Source of the DNA: Bacteroidales bacterium
GTDB taxonomy: Bacteria; Bacteroidota; Bacteroidia; Bacteroidales; UBA1402
Reading direction: 5' to 3'
DNA length: 64,000 nt
NCBI GenBank assembly: GCA_035719105.1
Contig: DASTGN010000003.1
Location: 198,979-262,978 of the forward strand
This document shows positions 9,982 to 19,831 of this stretch, in pieces (the first letter of the stretch is position 1; each line of letters starts with the position of its first letter). The notes beneath the pieces were generated by a model, which saw nothing but the letters and a program-made list of their open reading frames with translations, was not told where the DNA came from and made no database searches. Made by a program: the position numbers and the translations under genes.

Positions 9982-10121
9982 AATGCGGGTGTTTTAATGT
10001 TATTTCAGAATAAAAGGCGTATTTTTGTGTACTGCCGTAGCATTTGCCTAAAATCCTTTAATACAAAGATACTTTTTTTGTAAAAACGTTTACTGCAATA
10101 ACCGAATTTAACAGACCAAAC

Positions 10122-10964
10122 ATGGATTATATTGAATTTCACATCAAAATTACCCCAATCAACACCATTATCAACGATTTACTTGCTGTCGACTTGGCCG
10201 AAATCGGTTTTGAAAGTTTCAGTGAAACGGAAGATGGCATGCTGGCTTATGTTTCATCAGCCCTTTACAATAAAGAAGCAATAAGAAAAACGATACCTGC
10301 CGAAATGTATGGCTCCATCTTGGAATTCTTTGAAAAAGATATTCCTGGTCAAAATTGGAACGAAACTTGGGAAAAGAATTACTTCCAACCCATTGTGATC
10401 GGAAAAGATTGTGTTATTCACAGTTCCTTTCACACCAATATTCCTGAAGCCGAATTTGACATACTCATTGACCCGAAAATGGCTTTCGGAACCGGTCATC
10501 ACGAAACGACCAGTTTGATGCTCGAGGAATTGCTCAAACTCGATGTGAAAAACAAATCATTTCTGGACATGGGTTGCGGAACGGCCGTGTTGGCCATCCT
10601 TGCCTCAATGAAGGGTGCTGTTCACGTATTGGGCATTGACATTGACCAATGGGCAACGAACAATGCGCTGGAAAACATTCAAATGAACAACACCTCGTCC
10701 ATCGAAATACTTACCGGCGGTGCTGAATTATTGGAGCATACGCGTTCGTTCGATGTTATTTTCGCAAACATCAACCGCAATATTTTATTAGCCGATATGG
10801 CAGCATACACTGCCAAAATGCATACTGGTTCCCTCCTATTTATGAGTGGCTTCTATCAAACCGATATTCCTGTCATTCGCCAAATGGCCGAAAGTTTGGG
10901 CTTGACTTACCATGGTCACTCGATGAAAAACAACTGGGTTGCCGTTCGTTTCGAAAAAAAATAA
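10122..10964 (+). CDS. prmA: ribosomal protein L11 methyltransferase
   Basis: 280 aa with FGTGHHETT and the SAM motif DMGCGTAVLAI. Confidence 0.9.
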   Translation: MDYIEFHIKITPINTIINDLLAVDLAEIGFESFSETEDGMLAYVSSALYNKEAIRKTIPAEMYGSILEFFEKDIPGQNWNETWEKNYFQPIVIGKDCVIHSSFHTNIPEAEFDILIDPKMAFGTGHHETTSLMLEELLKLDVKNKSFLDMGCGTAVLAILASMKGAVHVLGIDIDQWATNNALENIQMNNTSSIEILTGGAELLEHTRSFDVIFANINRNILLADMAAYTAKMHTGSLLFMSGFYQTDIPVIRQMAESLGLTYHGHSMKNNWVAVRFEKK

Positions 10965-10985
10965 ATAACATTATCCTGAAATCTC

Positions 10986-13451
10986 ATGCATCTGAAATCT
11001 AGAAAAAACACCCTTGCTCCTTTTTTACTATCCTTATTATTGACTTCGCTACCTCTATCAGTTAAATCCCAAAACATCTCAAAGCTAGAACCAGTTGTTC
11101 GGGTCAAAGAATGCTTTGATGCTGACTGGCAATTTCATAAGGGGGATATTGTTTTTAAAAGAGCGATCAAGGCCGGTAAACAAGGAGGTCTTACCGATAC
11201 CAATGTCAAGGTGGTGACAGGTGAAGAAACACTTATAGCCTATACCGATAAAAATAAAACCGCTGCTTTCAAGCCAAGCGACTGGCAGGCAATAACGCTT
11301 CCGCACGACTGGATGGTCGAACAAGCTTTTGTAAACGACAATAGCATAGGAAGTCGGGCTGGATCCAATGGTTATTTGCCTGGTGGCATCGGGTTTTACA
11401 GAAAAGAATTTGAAATACCTGAAACCGACAAAGGGAGTGTCATTTCGCTAGAATTTGACGGAATTTTCAGAAACAGTACCGTATGGGTAAACGGACACTT
11501 GATGGGCAATCATTTAAGTGGTTATGTGCCCTCCTGGTATGATTTATCCACCGTTTTGCGTTACGGCAAAGAAGGCAAAAACGTTGTTCTTGTCAAGGTT
11601 GATGCCACGGATTTCGAAGGTTGGTGGTACGAAGGGGCTGGTATATATAGACATGCTTGGTTGACCAAGACCAACAAACTGCATGTGGCACGCTTTGGCA
11701 CCTTTGTCAGCACGCCAACCGTTTCTGAGCAAGAAGCTGCCATCCAAATGAAAACAACGCTGAAAAATGAATATCCGATTGAAAAAAACATTCAGCTGAT
11801 TTCTAAAATCATCGATAAAAATGGCGTTGTACTCGATACAAAAACGACAGCCCAAACACTGAAACCCTCCAGCCAAATTGAAATGACTCAAAATGGAACG
11901 ATTCAAAAACCGCTGCTTTGGTCACCAGAATTCCCCAACTTATATCAGGTATTAACGGAAGTTGTTGATAATGGAGTGATTATCGATAGGTATCAAACGA
12001 CTTTTGGCGTTCGAACCATCAACTTGACTACCGATGGTTTCTTTCTGAATGGTAAACTTTACCCAATCAAAGGTACAGCCAATCATCAGGATTTCGCAGG
12101 TGTGGGGGTTGCTCTACCAGACAAACTGAATGAATATCGGATAAAATTGTTAAAGGAAATGGGCTGCAATGGCTATCGCTGCGCTCACAATCCTCCGACA
12201 CCGGAATTGCTTGATGCCTGCGATCGGCTTGGGATGTTGGTTTTGGACGAAAACCGATTGTTGTCCAATACCGAAGATGGTCTAAAGGATTTGACCACAT
12301 TAATGCACAGAGACCGCAATCATCCCTCCGTTTTTATGTGGAATATGGAAAACGAGGAGTCGTTGGAAGGTACCGAAATGGGTGCACGCATTCTTGAAAA
12401 AATGGTTGAAGTCGCTCACGGAATCGACCCAACCCGACTTACAACCGCAGCCATGAATCACGGTTGGAATGATGGTGGATACAGTGACAAAGTGGATGTG
12501 GTAGGTTATAATTATGGTCAACGTGGATCGAGGTATATCAAAGACCATGAGCAATTTCCAAAACGAAAGATGCTCGTGACGGAATCTACCAGTTATGTGT
12601 CCACTCGCGGCGAATACGAGGACGATGCTGTAAAATGCTACGTTTCAAATCTCGGGAAAGGTATCAGTTGGGGTTGTAATCCCGGCAAAGATTGGGAGCA
12701 AATCGTTCAAAACCCCTTTTTGAGCGGCACCTTTGCATGGACCGGTTTCGATTATCGTGGTGAACCAACGCCGTATCAATGGCCCAATGTGACGTCTCAT
12801 TTTGGCATCATGGATTTGTGCGGTTTCCCAAAAGATGGCTATTATGCATACAAAGCTGCTTGGACCTCTGTTCCAGTTGTTCACGTCTTTCCTCATTGGA
12901 CCTTGCCGGGCAAAGAAGGGAAAAGCATATTGATGCGTGCATACAGCAATTGCGAAGAAGTGGAATTGTTTGTAAACGGTAAAAGTGCGGGTAAGAAAAC
13001 TGTAATACCCTATAATGCAACCGATTGGACAGTTATTTACAAACCTGGCAAAGTTGAAATAAAAGGGTATAACCAAGGAAAAGTTGCCACTAAGGAAGTG
13101 GTTGAAACGACCTCCGCGCCAGCCCAACTTGCTCTAAGCAGTGATACCTATACCTTAAAAGCAGATGGATGTGATGTTGCTGTAGTCAGAATTGCAATCA
13201 AGGACGCCAAAGGTCGGATTGTTCCCATTGCCAACAACTTAGTGACCTTTTCGATTGATGGTCCAGGTAAAATTATCGGTACCGGAAATGGTAATCCAAG
13301 CAGTCACGAACCGGATAAAGCCAGTCAACGTTTAGCTTTCAATGGCTATTGCATGGTGTTGATTCAAAGCAATAAAACAGCCGGCAAAATCTTACTTAAG
13401 GCTTCATCAGAGAATTTAAAAGGTTCAGAAATCAGTATCGAAGCCCAATAA
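10986..13451 (+). CDS. glycoside hydrolase family 2 (beta-galactosidase-like), secreted
   Basis: A signal peptide is present. The GH2 sugar-binding and TIM-barrel regions include NHPSVFMWNMENE (acid/base region) and WTGFDYRGEP. Confidence 0.85.
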   Translation: MHLKSRKNTLAPFLLSLLLTSLPLSVKSQNISKLEPVVRVKECFDADWQFHKGDIVFKRAIKAGKQGGLTDTNVKVVTGEETLIAYTDKNKTAAFKPSDWQAITLPHDWMVEQAFVNDNSIGSRAGSNGYLPGGIGFYRKEFEIPETDKGSVISLEFDGIFRNSTVWVNGHLMGNHLSGYVPSWYDLSTVLRYGKEGKNVVLVKVDATDFEGWWYEGAGIYRHAWLTKTNKLHVARFGTFVSTPTVSEQEAAIQMKTTLKNEYPIEKNIQLISKIIDKNGVVLDTKTTAQTLKPSSQIEMTQNGTIQKPLLWSPEFPNLYQVLTEVVDNGVIIDRYQTTFGVRTINLTTDGFFLNGKLYPIKGTANHQDFAGVGVALPDKLNEYRIKLLKEMGCNGYRCAHNPPTPELLDACDRLGMLVLDENRLLSNTEDGLKDLTTLMHRDRNHPSVFMWNMENEESLEGTEMGARILEKMVEVAHGIDPTRLTTAAMNHGWNDGGYSDKVDVVGYNYGQRGSRYIKDHEQFPKRKMLVTESTSYVSTRGEYEDDAVKCYVSNLGKGISWGCNPGKDWEQIVQNPFLSGTFAWTGFDYRGEPTPYQWPNVTSHFGIMDLCGFPKDGYYAYKAAWTSVPVVHVFPHWTLPGKEGKSILMRAYSNCEEVELFVNGKSAGKKTVIPYNATDWTVIYKPGKVEIKGYNQGKVATKEVVETTSAPAQLALSSDTYTLKADGCDVAVVRIAIKDAKGRIVPIANNLVTFSIDGPGKIIGTGNGNPSSHEPDKASQRLAFNGYCMVLIQSNKTAGKILLKASSENLKGSEISIEAQ

Positions 13452-13472
13452 GAATCGCATCTCCACAAAAAA

Positions 13473-13512
13473 ACCAGCCCCAAAGCAACTTGAAAGTTAT
13501 TTTGGGGCTGGT
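13473..13512. terminator. bidirectional rho-independent terminator
   Basis: ACCAGCCCCAAA-16 nt-TTTGGGGCTGGT is flanked by an A-run and a T-run, between the convergent GH2 and pfp genes. Confidence 0.8.
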
Positions 13513-13530
13513 TTTTTTATGGAAAGTTTA

Positions 13531-15174
13531 TCATGCCTGTTCCAACACCAGTGTTTTAGTGGGTTGATCGCAAACTTCCGTTGGACCAAAATATTGAATA
13601 GGACCTGGATATACATAATCAGTGTGAATGGCCCATGCAGCACGTTTGGCGGCAAATGCCTTGAAGGGTTTGCCATCCAGTTCAACCAATGCCTTTTGAA
13701 TGACAGGCTTCATTTCTCCATGACGGCGTTCCATGTTCATCATCATGGTGATGGGTACTCCTCCTGCTATCCATTCAGCAGCCGGAGCAGTCGTATTGCG
13801 TACGGAAGACATGTAGCCGGTCTTACCCGAAGCAATGAGCTGTGAGGCAGTATAACCTAAAGAGTAACAATAGTCGGCATCGTAATTGGAAGGAGCGGCA
13901 CAACGACCTTCGTAACCAAAGAAGTGTACTTGAGTTGCAAATTTGCCAGCGTATTTACCTGCACTTTTCCATTCATCTAATTTATGGGCAACCATTTCGG
14001 CCAACATCTTTTCTGTTTCAATGAGGGAAACCTGTACATTACCATGTGGATCACGATCCAAGGTTAATTGTTTGGCAACGCCCTCAGGCAGAGACTCATA
14101 GATCGCTGAGTTCTCCGGGCTGATCATTTTGATGATGTATTGGCGTTTGTCTCTGTTGCGAATTAAATTGAATTCTTCCTGATGGGAAGCTAAGAAATCA
14201 TTCAGTTCAGAAATGAGCTTTTTAATGGAAGGAATAAATTCAATCAGGCCTTCTGGGATCAGCACGGTACCGAAGTTGGCTCCGTTTTCTGCTCGCTGGG
14301 CTACAGCTTTGGCGATACCGGTTACCACGTCATCCAAGGTCAAATTATTTGCTTCGACTTCTTCGGAAATAATGCAATAATTGGGTTGTACTTGCAGAGC
14401 ACATTCCAAAGCGATGTGCGAGGCAGAACGGCCCATCAGTTTGATAAAGTGCCAGTATTTACGAGCAGAATTACAGTCGCGTTGGATGTTGCCAATGACT
14501 TCTGAATAAACCTTGCAAGCCGTATCAAAACCAAAAGAGGCTTCAATCATGCTGTTTTTGAGGTCACCATCAATGGTTTTTGGACAACCGATCACTTGAA
14601 CTCCTGCTTTAATACTTGCATAGTATTCAGCTAATACACAAGCATTTGTATTAGAATCATCACCGCCAATGATAACCAAGGCTTTGATGTCCAATGCTTT
14701 CAGAATAACGAGTCCCTTATCAAATTGTTCGTGTGTTTCGAGTTTGGTACGACCTGAACCAATAATGTCAAAACCACCGGTGTTGCGGTATTCATCGATG
14801 ATATCAGAAGTCAGCTCCATATAATTGTGATCCACCAGACCTCCAGGGCCAAGAATGAAACCATACAATTTGGAAGCTTTGTTCAAATGTTTGATACCGT
14901 CGAAGATTCCAGCAATGACGTTGTGACCACCGGGAGCCTGTCCACCGGAAAGAATGACGCCCACGTTGATGGGTTCAAATGGGACTACTTCATTACTGGG
15001 TTCAAACGATACCAACGGCATTCCGTAGGTATTGGGGAATAATGCTTTGATGGCATCCTGATCGGCAACCGACTGGGTGGCTTCCCCTTCGCTCATTTTA
15101 ACGTTTCCGGTCAAAGCCTGCGGCATTTTTGGCTGATACGCAGCGCGCGCAATCTGCAAGGCACTTTTTGTCAT
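13531..15174 (-). CDS. pfp: diphosphate--fructose-6-phosphate 1-phosphotransferase (PPi-dependent PFK)
   Basis: The start is MTKSALQIARAAYQPK (ATG at 15174). The motifs GGDDSNT and PKTIDGDL are present, and the roughly 547-aa length is typical of the PPi-PFK clade. Confidence 0.9.
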   Translation of the reverse strand: MTKSALQIARAAYQPKMPQALTGNVKMSEGEATQSVADQDAIKALFPNTYGMPLVSFEPSNEVVPFEPINVGVILSGGQAPGGHNVIAGIFDGIKHLNKASKLYGFILGPGGLVDHNYMELTSDIIDEYRNTGGFDIIGSGRTKLETHEQFDKGLVILKALDIKALVIIGGDDSNTNACVLAEYYASIKAGVQVIGCPKTIDGDLKNSMIEASFGFDTACKVYSEVIGNIQRDCNSARKYWHFIKLMGRSASHIALECALQVQPNYCIISEEVEANNLTLDDVVTGIAKAVAQRAENGANFGTVLIPEGLIEFIPSIKKLISELNDFLASHQEEFNLIRNRDKRQYIIKMISPENSAIYESLPEGVAKQLTLDRDPHGNVQVSLIETEKMLAEMVAHKLDEWKSAGKYAGKFATQVHFFGYEGRCAAPSNYDADYCYSLGYTASQLIASGKTGYMSSVRNTTAPAAEWIAGGVPITMMMNMERRHGEMKPVIQKALVELDGKPFKAFAAKRAAWAIHTDYVYPGPIQYFGPTEVCDQPTKTLVLEQA

Positions 15175-15403
15175 AGTGTAATCGTATATTTGATTGGTTA
15201 TATGATTGTTCTGAGATATCCTGAAAAACGGTGCAAATTTCGTCATTTTTTTTCAAATACTCAAACAAAATGCCTTGCAGGAGTGCCCTTTTTTTAGTAC
15301 TATTGCATGGTTTTTCAAATCGGGCAACCATTAGTTTTAAACTGCAACCAATCAACGAGTTAATATAAGGTTACATACAATCTCTCACACAAAATCTAGA
15401 AAA

Positions 15404-16096
15404 ATGATTTATTCACACGAAGTGCAACAAATGTGTTGCGTACAAAAAGGAGCCAATCATGCGAGTGCTCCGATTCCTGAAGAAGGAAAGTGGGTAAGAG
15501 CCAAAGAAGTGTCAGACATCTCCGGCCTCACGCACGGAGTAGGCTGGTGTGCCCCTCAACAGGGCGCTTGTAAGCTCACCCTCAACGTGAAGGACGGTAT
15601 CATTCAGGAAGCCTTGGTGGAAACCATCGGTTGCTCCGGCATGACCCATTCAGCTGCCATGGCTTCTGAAATCCTTCCCGGCAAGACCATTTTGGAAGCA
15701 CTGAATACTGACTTGGTTTGCGATGCCATCAATACAGCCATGCGCGAACTGTTTTTGCAGATCGTATACGGACGTACTCAATCTGCATTTTCTGAAGGCG
15801 GACTGCCCATCGGCGCCGGTTTGGAAGACCTAGGTAAAGGCCTTCGCAGCCAGGTAGGCACCATGTACGGAACCGTTGCCAAAGGCACCCGTTACCTTGA
15901 AATGGCCGAAGGCTACTGCTCCCGCATGGCTCTCGATGCTGAAGATTTGGTTATTGGTTATGAATTCGTCCACTTAGGCAAATTCATGGATTCAATCAAG
16001 AAAGGCGTTGATGCCAACGAAGCATTGAAAAAAGCAACCTCGAGCTATGGTCGCTTTGCCGAAGGAGTTAAATACATCGATCCGCGTCACGAATAA
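15404..16096 (+). CDS. NifU/IscU-like Fe-S scaffold-domain protein (partner of the GGGtGRT protein)
   Basis: 230 aa. The Cys-containing N-terminal half (GWCAPQQGACKL, GCSGMTHSAA) resembles the NifU_N fold. The gene lies 18 nt upstream of the GGGtGRT gene. Confidence 0.6.
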   Translation: MIYSHEVQQMCCVQKGANHASAPIPEEGKWVRAKEVSDISGLTHGVGWCAPQQGACKLTLNVKDGIIQEALVETIGCSGMTHSAAMASEILPGKTILEALNTDLVCDAINTAMRELFLQIVYGRTQSAFSEGGLPIGAGLEDLGKGLRSQVGTMYGTVAKGTRYLEMAEGYCSRMALDAEDLVIGYEFVHLGKFMDSIKKGVDANEALKKATSSYGRFAEGVKYIDPRHE

Positions 16097-16114
16097 TATA
16101 GGAGGAAACATACA

Positions 16115-17113
16115 ATGGCATTATTTGAAAGCTACGACCGCAGAATCGAAACGATCAACGCGGTATTGAACCAATACGGCATTTCCAGCCTGGAAGAAGC
16201 AAAAACCATTTGCGACGCCAAGGGCATCGACCCTTACAAAATTTGTGAAGAAACTCAACCCATCGCCTTTGAAAATGCGAAATGGGCTTATGTGATGGGT
16301 GCTGCCATCGCTATTAAAACTGGTGTGACCAATGCTGCCAAAGCTGCTGAAGTCATTGGTATCGGTCTGCAGGCATTTTGCATCAAGGGTTCTGTCGCCG
16401 ACGACCGCAAGGTTGGATTGGGTCACGGTAACCTGGCTGCCATGTTGCTTCGCGAAGAAACCAAATGCTTCGCTTTCCTTGCCGGTCACGAATCGTTTGC
16501 TGCCGCTGAAGGCGCCATCAAAATCGCAGAAAAAGCCAACAAAGTTCGCAAAGAACCGCTTCGCGTGATTCTGAACGGTTTGGGCAAGGATGCTGCTATG
16601 ATTATTTCCCGCATCAATGGCTTCACCTACGTACAAACTCAATTCGATTACTACACCAGCGACTTGGCTGTAGTTAAAGAAATCCCCTACTCCACGGGTC
16701 TTCGTTCCAAAGTGAAATGCTATGGTTGCGACGACGTTCGTGAAGGCGTTGCGGTGATGCACAAGGAAGGTGTTGACGTGTCCATCACGGGCAATTCCAC
16801 CAACCCAACCCGTTTCCAACATCCTGTTGCAGGCACTTATAAGAAGGAATGCAACGAATTGGGCAAGAAGTACTTCTCCGTAGCTTCCGGTGGTGGAACG
16901 GGTCGTACCCTGCACCCCGACAACATGGCCGCTGGTCCTGCCTCTTATGGTATGACCGACACCATGGGCCGCATGCACTCCGACGCTCAGTTCGCCGGTT
17001 CATCATCCGTTCCCGCTCACGTGGAAATGATGGGTTTCTTAGGCATGGGCAACAATCCCATGGTTGGTGCAACCGTGGCTGTAGCCGTGGCGGTAGAAGA
17101 AGCTTCGAAGTAA
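16115..17113 (+). CDS. GGGtGRT-family protein (function unknown)
   Basis: It contains the family-defining SGGGTGRTLHPDN motif and the Gly/Ala-rich C-terminus MGNNPMVGATVAVAVAVEEA. Confidence 0.85.
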   Translation: MALFESYDRRIETINAVLNQYGISSLEEAKTICDAKGIDPYKICEETQPIAFENAKWAYVMGAAIAIKTGVTNAAKAAEVIGIGLQAFCIKGSVADDRKVGLGHGNLAAMLLREETKCFAFLAGHESFAAAEGAIKIAEKANKVRKEPLRVILNGLGKDAAMIISRINGFTYVQTQFDYYTSDLAVVKEIPYSTGLRSKVKCYGCDDVREGVAVMHKEGVDVSITGNSTNPTRFQHPVAGTYKKECNELGKKYFSVASGGGTGRTLHPDNMAAGPASYGMTDTMGRMHSDAQFAGSSSVPAHVEMMGFLGMGNNPMVGATVAVAVAVEEASK

Positions 17114-17133
17114 AGATTTGATTAACTGTTAAA

Positions 17134-17175
17134 TAAACCCCTGTGATTGAAATAATTGCAGGGGTTTATTGTTTC
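17134..17175 (+). terminator. rho-independent terminator after the GGGtGRT gene
   Basis: TAAACCCCTG-15 nt-CAGGGGTTTA is followed by TTGTTTC. Confidence 0.7.
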
Positions 17176-17233
17176 ATCTTCTTGCATGCAAAGACAAAAA
17201 AACCGATATTTGCACTTCTAAAAAAACAGACTT

Positions 17234-18031
17234 ATGGGATTGGAAAAAGTCATTTTTAATCGGACCGAATTATTATACGGTTCAGAAAAAATGAAACAAA
17301 TAAAAGAAGCAAAAGTTATCATCTTTGGTATAGGCGGAGTTGGAAGTTGGGCAGCCGAAAGCCTGGTCAGAAGCGGCATCAAACACCTCACCATCGTAGA
17401 TTCGGACCGCATCTGTGTAACGAACATCAATAGGCAACTTCATGCCACCACGCTCACAGTTGGTGAAGTTAAAACGGAAGCGCTAAAAAAGCGTTTGCTT
17501 GAAATCAACCCAAAAGCTAAAATCACCGCCCTACAGAAGATATACAATGCCGAGAGCAGAGATTCATTCAAATTGGGCGATTACGATTACATTCTCGATG
17601 CCATTGACAGCCTGAGCAATAAAGCAGACCTCATACGCACAGCTGCAAAAACAAACGCCGTCCTTTTTTCATCCATGGGGGCAGCTCTCAAGGTAGACCC
17701 CACTCGCATTCGTGTCGATGAATTCTGGAAAATCAAGGGCGACCCATTAGCCGCAGCCATGCGCCGTAACATTCGTAAAGGGGAAATGCCTGCAAAAAAA
17801 TTCCTTTGTGTCTATAGCGACGAAGTCCTCCCCAATTTGGGTGCCAATCAATCATGCGGAACGGAAAAATGCCTTTGTCCCAAAAACAAGGAGTTGGAAG
17901 GCGACCCAGAGTTGGCCGATCATGAATGGTGTAGCCTCAAAGCGGCCATCAATGGATCGATGGCTCACATCACCGCCATTTTCGGATTTACACTGGCCGG
18001 CTTAATTTTGCAAGACATTTACAAAAAATGA
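17234..18031 (+). CDS. tcdA: tRNA threonylcarbamoyladenosine dehydratase (ThiF/MoeB family)
   Basis: The Rossmann motif GIGGVGSW and DSDRICVTNINRQ are present, and the length of about 265 aa fits. Confidence 0.8.
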   Translation: MGLEKVIFNRTELLYGSEKMKQIKEAKVIIFGIGGVGSWAAESLVRSGIKHLTIVDSDRICVTNINRQLHATTLTVGEVKTEALKKRLLEINPKAKITALQKIYNAESRDSFKLGDYDYILDAIDSLSNKADLIRTAAKTNAVLFSSMGAALKVDPTRIRVDEFWKIKGDPLAAAMRRNIRKGEMPAKKFLCVYSDEVLPNLGANQSCGTEKCLCPKNKELEGDPELADHEWCSLKAAINGSMAHITAIFGFTLAGLILQDIYKK

Positions 18032-18083
18032 GGTGAATTATCTTTTGAAATAGGTACATTTGTTTGTTCTCAGGACAGTCACT

Positions 18084-19280
18084 ATGAAAAAAGCCAGTGT
18101 CTGCATCACCTTATTGTCACTGATTTTCATTCAGACAGCTACATCTGCCACCCTAGCAGAAGTCGATTCCACTCACCACAAAAACACCTATCTGTATTCA
18201 GTTCTGGCACAATCAGGCCAATTAATGCCCACTTGGAGTTTCATGCGCGAGAAGTATAGAACGGATGGTGAGGAGTTTGGCGATTTCAACAGCCTTTCGT
18301 TTCAAATCTTGAAACAGACCTACGGAGAGAAACCCATCGAGCAGATTTTTCACTTTCCAAGATACGGCATTGGGATTTATGCAGGTAAATATTTCAGAGA
18401 CACCTATCTAAGTAGACCTTTGGGCATGTATGGTGTTTTTATGGGTCCCATTCTTGAATGGAACCGATTTTGCTTGAATTATTGCATTTGGGCAGGAATA
18501 ATTGGTAACTGGAACCATTACGACCCAGCTAAAAACAATTTTAACACCACGTTGGCTGGGGATTTCACTTCACACGTCGATGTTGGACTGCAATTGAATT
18601 ATAAAGTCAGCGCCCATTTCGAAGCAGGCATCGGTGGCGCTTTCACCCATTTCTCGAATGGGGCGATGCAGATTCCGAACTTCGGAATCAACATGCTCGC
18701 TCCAAGAGTATCAGTCACTTATCTTCCAGTTCATTCAGAGCAAAAGAAAATAAAGCGTACCCTGCCAAAATACGTAAAAAGCACCTTTCTGGATTTGGCC
18801 GTCTATGGAGGTGAAAAAGAACTGCCCTATCCCGAATGCGACTTGGATACGGCACACAATTTCTTTGGCTTTCATTACCCCCAATTCGGGCTGACGGCAG
18901 TGCTGAACCGTAACATCAGCTATGTCATAACGATGGGCATGGGCTTGCACGTGGGATACGATTCCTCCAAAAACACCCGCTACCGCCAAGCAGATGGACA
19001 AACAGTTGCCGACTTAAGCTTTAACGCGGAAAACCTAAATCTTGGTATCATACCCTCCTTGGAACTGAACTACGATCGAATCGCCTTGGTCTTGCAACCC
19101 TGTTTTACGGTGTACAAGCACGAGACAACGTTTAAAAAACCCGATTTTTTTGGAAAATTCGGCTTGAAATATGCGCTTTCGGACAACATCTATGCAGGAG
19201 TGCAACTTCATACATTCAAGCTGCACGCCGATTTCATAGAATTCTCATTCGGATACAGACTTCCGCTATTCGTCAATTGA
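18084..19280 (+). CDS. acyloxyacyl hydrolase / PagL-like lipid A deacylase family outer-membrane protein
   Basis: The ATG at 18084 gives the signal peptide MKKASVCITLLSLIFIQTATSA. HFSNGA (an HxSNG-type His/Ser site) is followed by NFGINM, and the protein shows beta-barrel periodicity. Confidence 0.55.
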   Translation: MKKASVCITLLSLIFIQTATSATLAEVDSTHHKNTYLYSVLAQSGQLMPTWSFMREKYRTDGEEFGDFNSLSFQILKQTYGEKPIEQIFHFPRYGIGIYAGKYFRDTYLSRPLGMYGVFMGPILEWNRFCLNYCIWAGIIGNWNHYDPAKNNFNTTLAGDFTSHVDVGLQLNYKVSAHFEAGIGGAFTHFSNGAMQIPNFGINMLAPRVSVTYLPVHSEQKKIKRTLPKYVKSTFLDLAVYGGEKELPYPECDLDTAHNFFGFHYPQFGLTAVLNRNISYVITMGMGLHVGYDSSKNTRYRQADGQTVADLSFNAENLNLGIIPSLELNYDRIALVLQPCFTVYKHETTFKKPDFFGKFGLKYALSDNIYAGVQLHTFKLHADFIEFSFGYRLPLFVN

Positions 19281-19814
19281 ACTGATTTCCACCAGCAACT
19301 CGTCCTTCATAACCGATTGCCCCTGCTGTACCTTGATTTTACGAATGACCCCGTTGCAAGTCGCTGCAATTTCATTTTGCATCTTCATCGCTTCCAGACT
19401 AAGGATCGGTTCCCCTTTGTTCACCAAATCACCTTCAGCCAAGAATATATCCGTTATTTTGCCTGGTATGGGAGCAATGATGTTGTTTTCATTAATCTTG
19501 TTCGAATCGGAATTGATCATGCCGCGTCGAATATAAGAGAACAAAGAGTCAATGCTGAAGCGGTATTCCACACCATTTACTTTCACTACAGCCTTGTTTT
19601 GGTTGTGCGAAACCAGCTCGCAATGAAAACGTTTGCCTTTCCAGTCGAATGTATAATGAAAATCTTCCTGTTCCACAAAATCGATGTCTTGTTCCTGACT
19701 GTCAATAATCGGTTTGGTTTCCTTCGGAATATAAATTTTATACCGTTTGCCATTTTCACGCAATGCAATAAATAAGCGTGAAGCGTCACGATTGTATTTG
19801 TAGGTGGTTCCCAT
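19266..19814 (-). CDS. biotin carboxyl carrier (biotin/lipoyl attachment) subunit
   Basis: The C-terminal biotinyl domain carries EAMKMQNE. Confidence 0.8.
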   Translation of the reverse strand: MGTTYKYNRDASRLFIALRENGKRYKIYIPKETKPIIDSQEQDIDFVEQEDFHYTFDWKGKRFHCELVSHNQNKAVVKVNGVEYRFSIDSLFSYIRRGMINSDSNKINENNIIAPIPGKITDIFLAEGDLVNKGEPILSLEAMKMQNEIAATCNGVIRKIKVQQGQSVMKDELLVEISSIDE

Positions 19815-19831
19815 TTTTCTTGATTTTCAGG

